A stretch of 64,000 bases of DNA from Octopus bimaculoides (lineage: Eukaryota). Within the stretch, counting starts at the first letter, position 1, and each line of letters opens with the position of its first letter. The DNA is taken from the NCBI RefSeq assembly GCF_001194135.2, contig NC_068985.1:10567763-10631762 (forward strand), given 5' to 3'. Positions 62,881 to 64,000 of this stretch are shown here, in pieces. The notes beneath the pieces were generated by a model. The model saw nothing but the letters and a program-made list of their open reading frames with translations, was not told the origin of the DNA and made no database searches. The position numbers were made by a program, and so were the translations under genes.

Positions 62881-63872
62881 CATTATTCCATTGTGGGCCA
62901 TATTTGAAATCTAAAAGGAGCCAATAATTGAAGTATTTACTGGTTCTGAAGATGAAAGTTAGTTTTGGGAATGAAGTTACTGCTCTTATAAATATGAAAT
63001 CGTTTTGCAATTTTATCAATTCTTGTGCGTGAATGGATATTTTAAAAAATCATTATTGCATGTTATGTAAAAATAGAGGTGAAATGCAAAGGATGTTTCC
63101 TGGAAAAGAAATATTTCGAATATTGTGAAATTTTGCGGCTGTTCGTTTTGAAAATAATAAATCTGTAAAATTTTGGACTGCAAAGTGGAGCTGAAATTTG
63201 TAGAGTAGAGGCGTTGGAGCTAATCAAAAGATTGAAAACAGTAATTGTATCTGTAGTATCATATTTCCTCGATTATAAATCGACTAAGTATGCCGGGAAG
63301 AAACTAGACATGGTAATTAAAACGCTGAGCTGAAGATAGTAACTAACTTTTGCAAAGAGTGAAAGAAGTAATGAGTACCCTTATCACAGCACTCATTAAG
63401 CTTCAATAGTCCAACTATTCTCAAAAGGGAATCAGCTGTGGATACGTGCACGAAGTAAATGTAAATCAGGGAATACGATTTTAACTTTATATTGCAATAA
63501 TTCTATAGCGTCGATGATACAAATCGCACGATGAAGGTAAAAAAGAAAACATTTTCCCCGGATAGTTAACATGCTATTATTAAGTCAGTTTATCTGATGT
63601 CACTTAGCTAAAATATTAACAATTAATATTAACAGTTAATATACTTATAATTATGCTTGATTTACAGAAAATACGGCTTAAACACGGCCAATCTGTATTG
63701 GAATAGGCTTCGGTGATTCTCTAAATCGTATTAAATTCTAGGAGGAAAAAGCGAACAAAGCAGTTACCAATGAAATTGATAAAATGTTGACCAAGCATAA
63801 TTCCATTGATGAAGTGGGGCAATATCTCAATAAATTCATTGTATAAACCAGTTATCATACACGCTTGAACTA

Positions 63873-63914
<42 letters not shown>

Positions 63915-63953
63915 GTACTACCTTTCTTATCTCATCACTTCCCCTCCTTACTC

Positions 63954-64000
<47 letters not shown>

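Overview
AT-rich eukaryotic DNA dense in microsatellites, from a gapped draft assembly with many N-runs. The repeat families look like those of a coleoid cephalopod, most likely Octopus; this is an inference from recognising the repeats, not a database result. I can support no host protein-coding gene, rRNA or intact tRNA. The long ORFs in the track are artefacts of N-runs and microsatellites, so the window is probably intergenic or inside one large intron. It is a mosaic of three tRNA-derived SINE families (labelled A, B and C here), decayed non-LTR retrotransposon pieces (Dong/R4-like, HERO-like, RTE-like, probably L1/Tx1-like), mariner, Tc1 and hAT-type non-autonomous elements, and several fold-back or inverted-repeat structures. 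The most interesting signal is in RNA structure. A Penelope-like non-coding repeat (3 copies) carries a minimal variant hammerhead ribozyme motif. A complete hammerhead core at 20036-20093 has its strands in a non-canonical order (III-UH-I, then II-GAAA-III, then I-CUGAUGA-II), which implies a pseudoknotted or trans-acting topology. A partial echo of this order occurs at 7.1 kb and a weaker one at 62.5 kb. None of these has been tested for activity, and I cannot check whether they have been described before.
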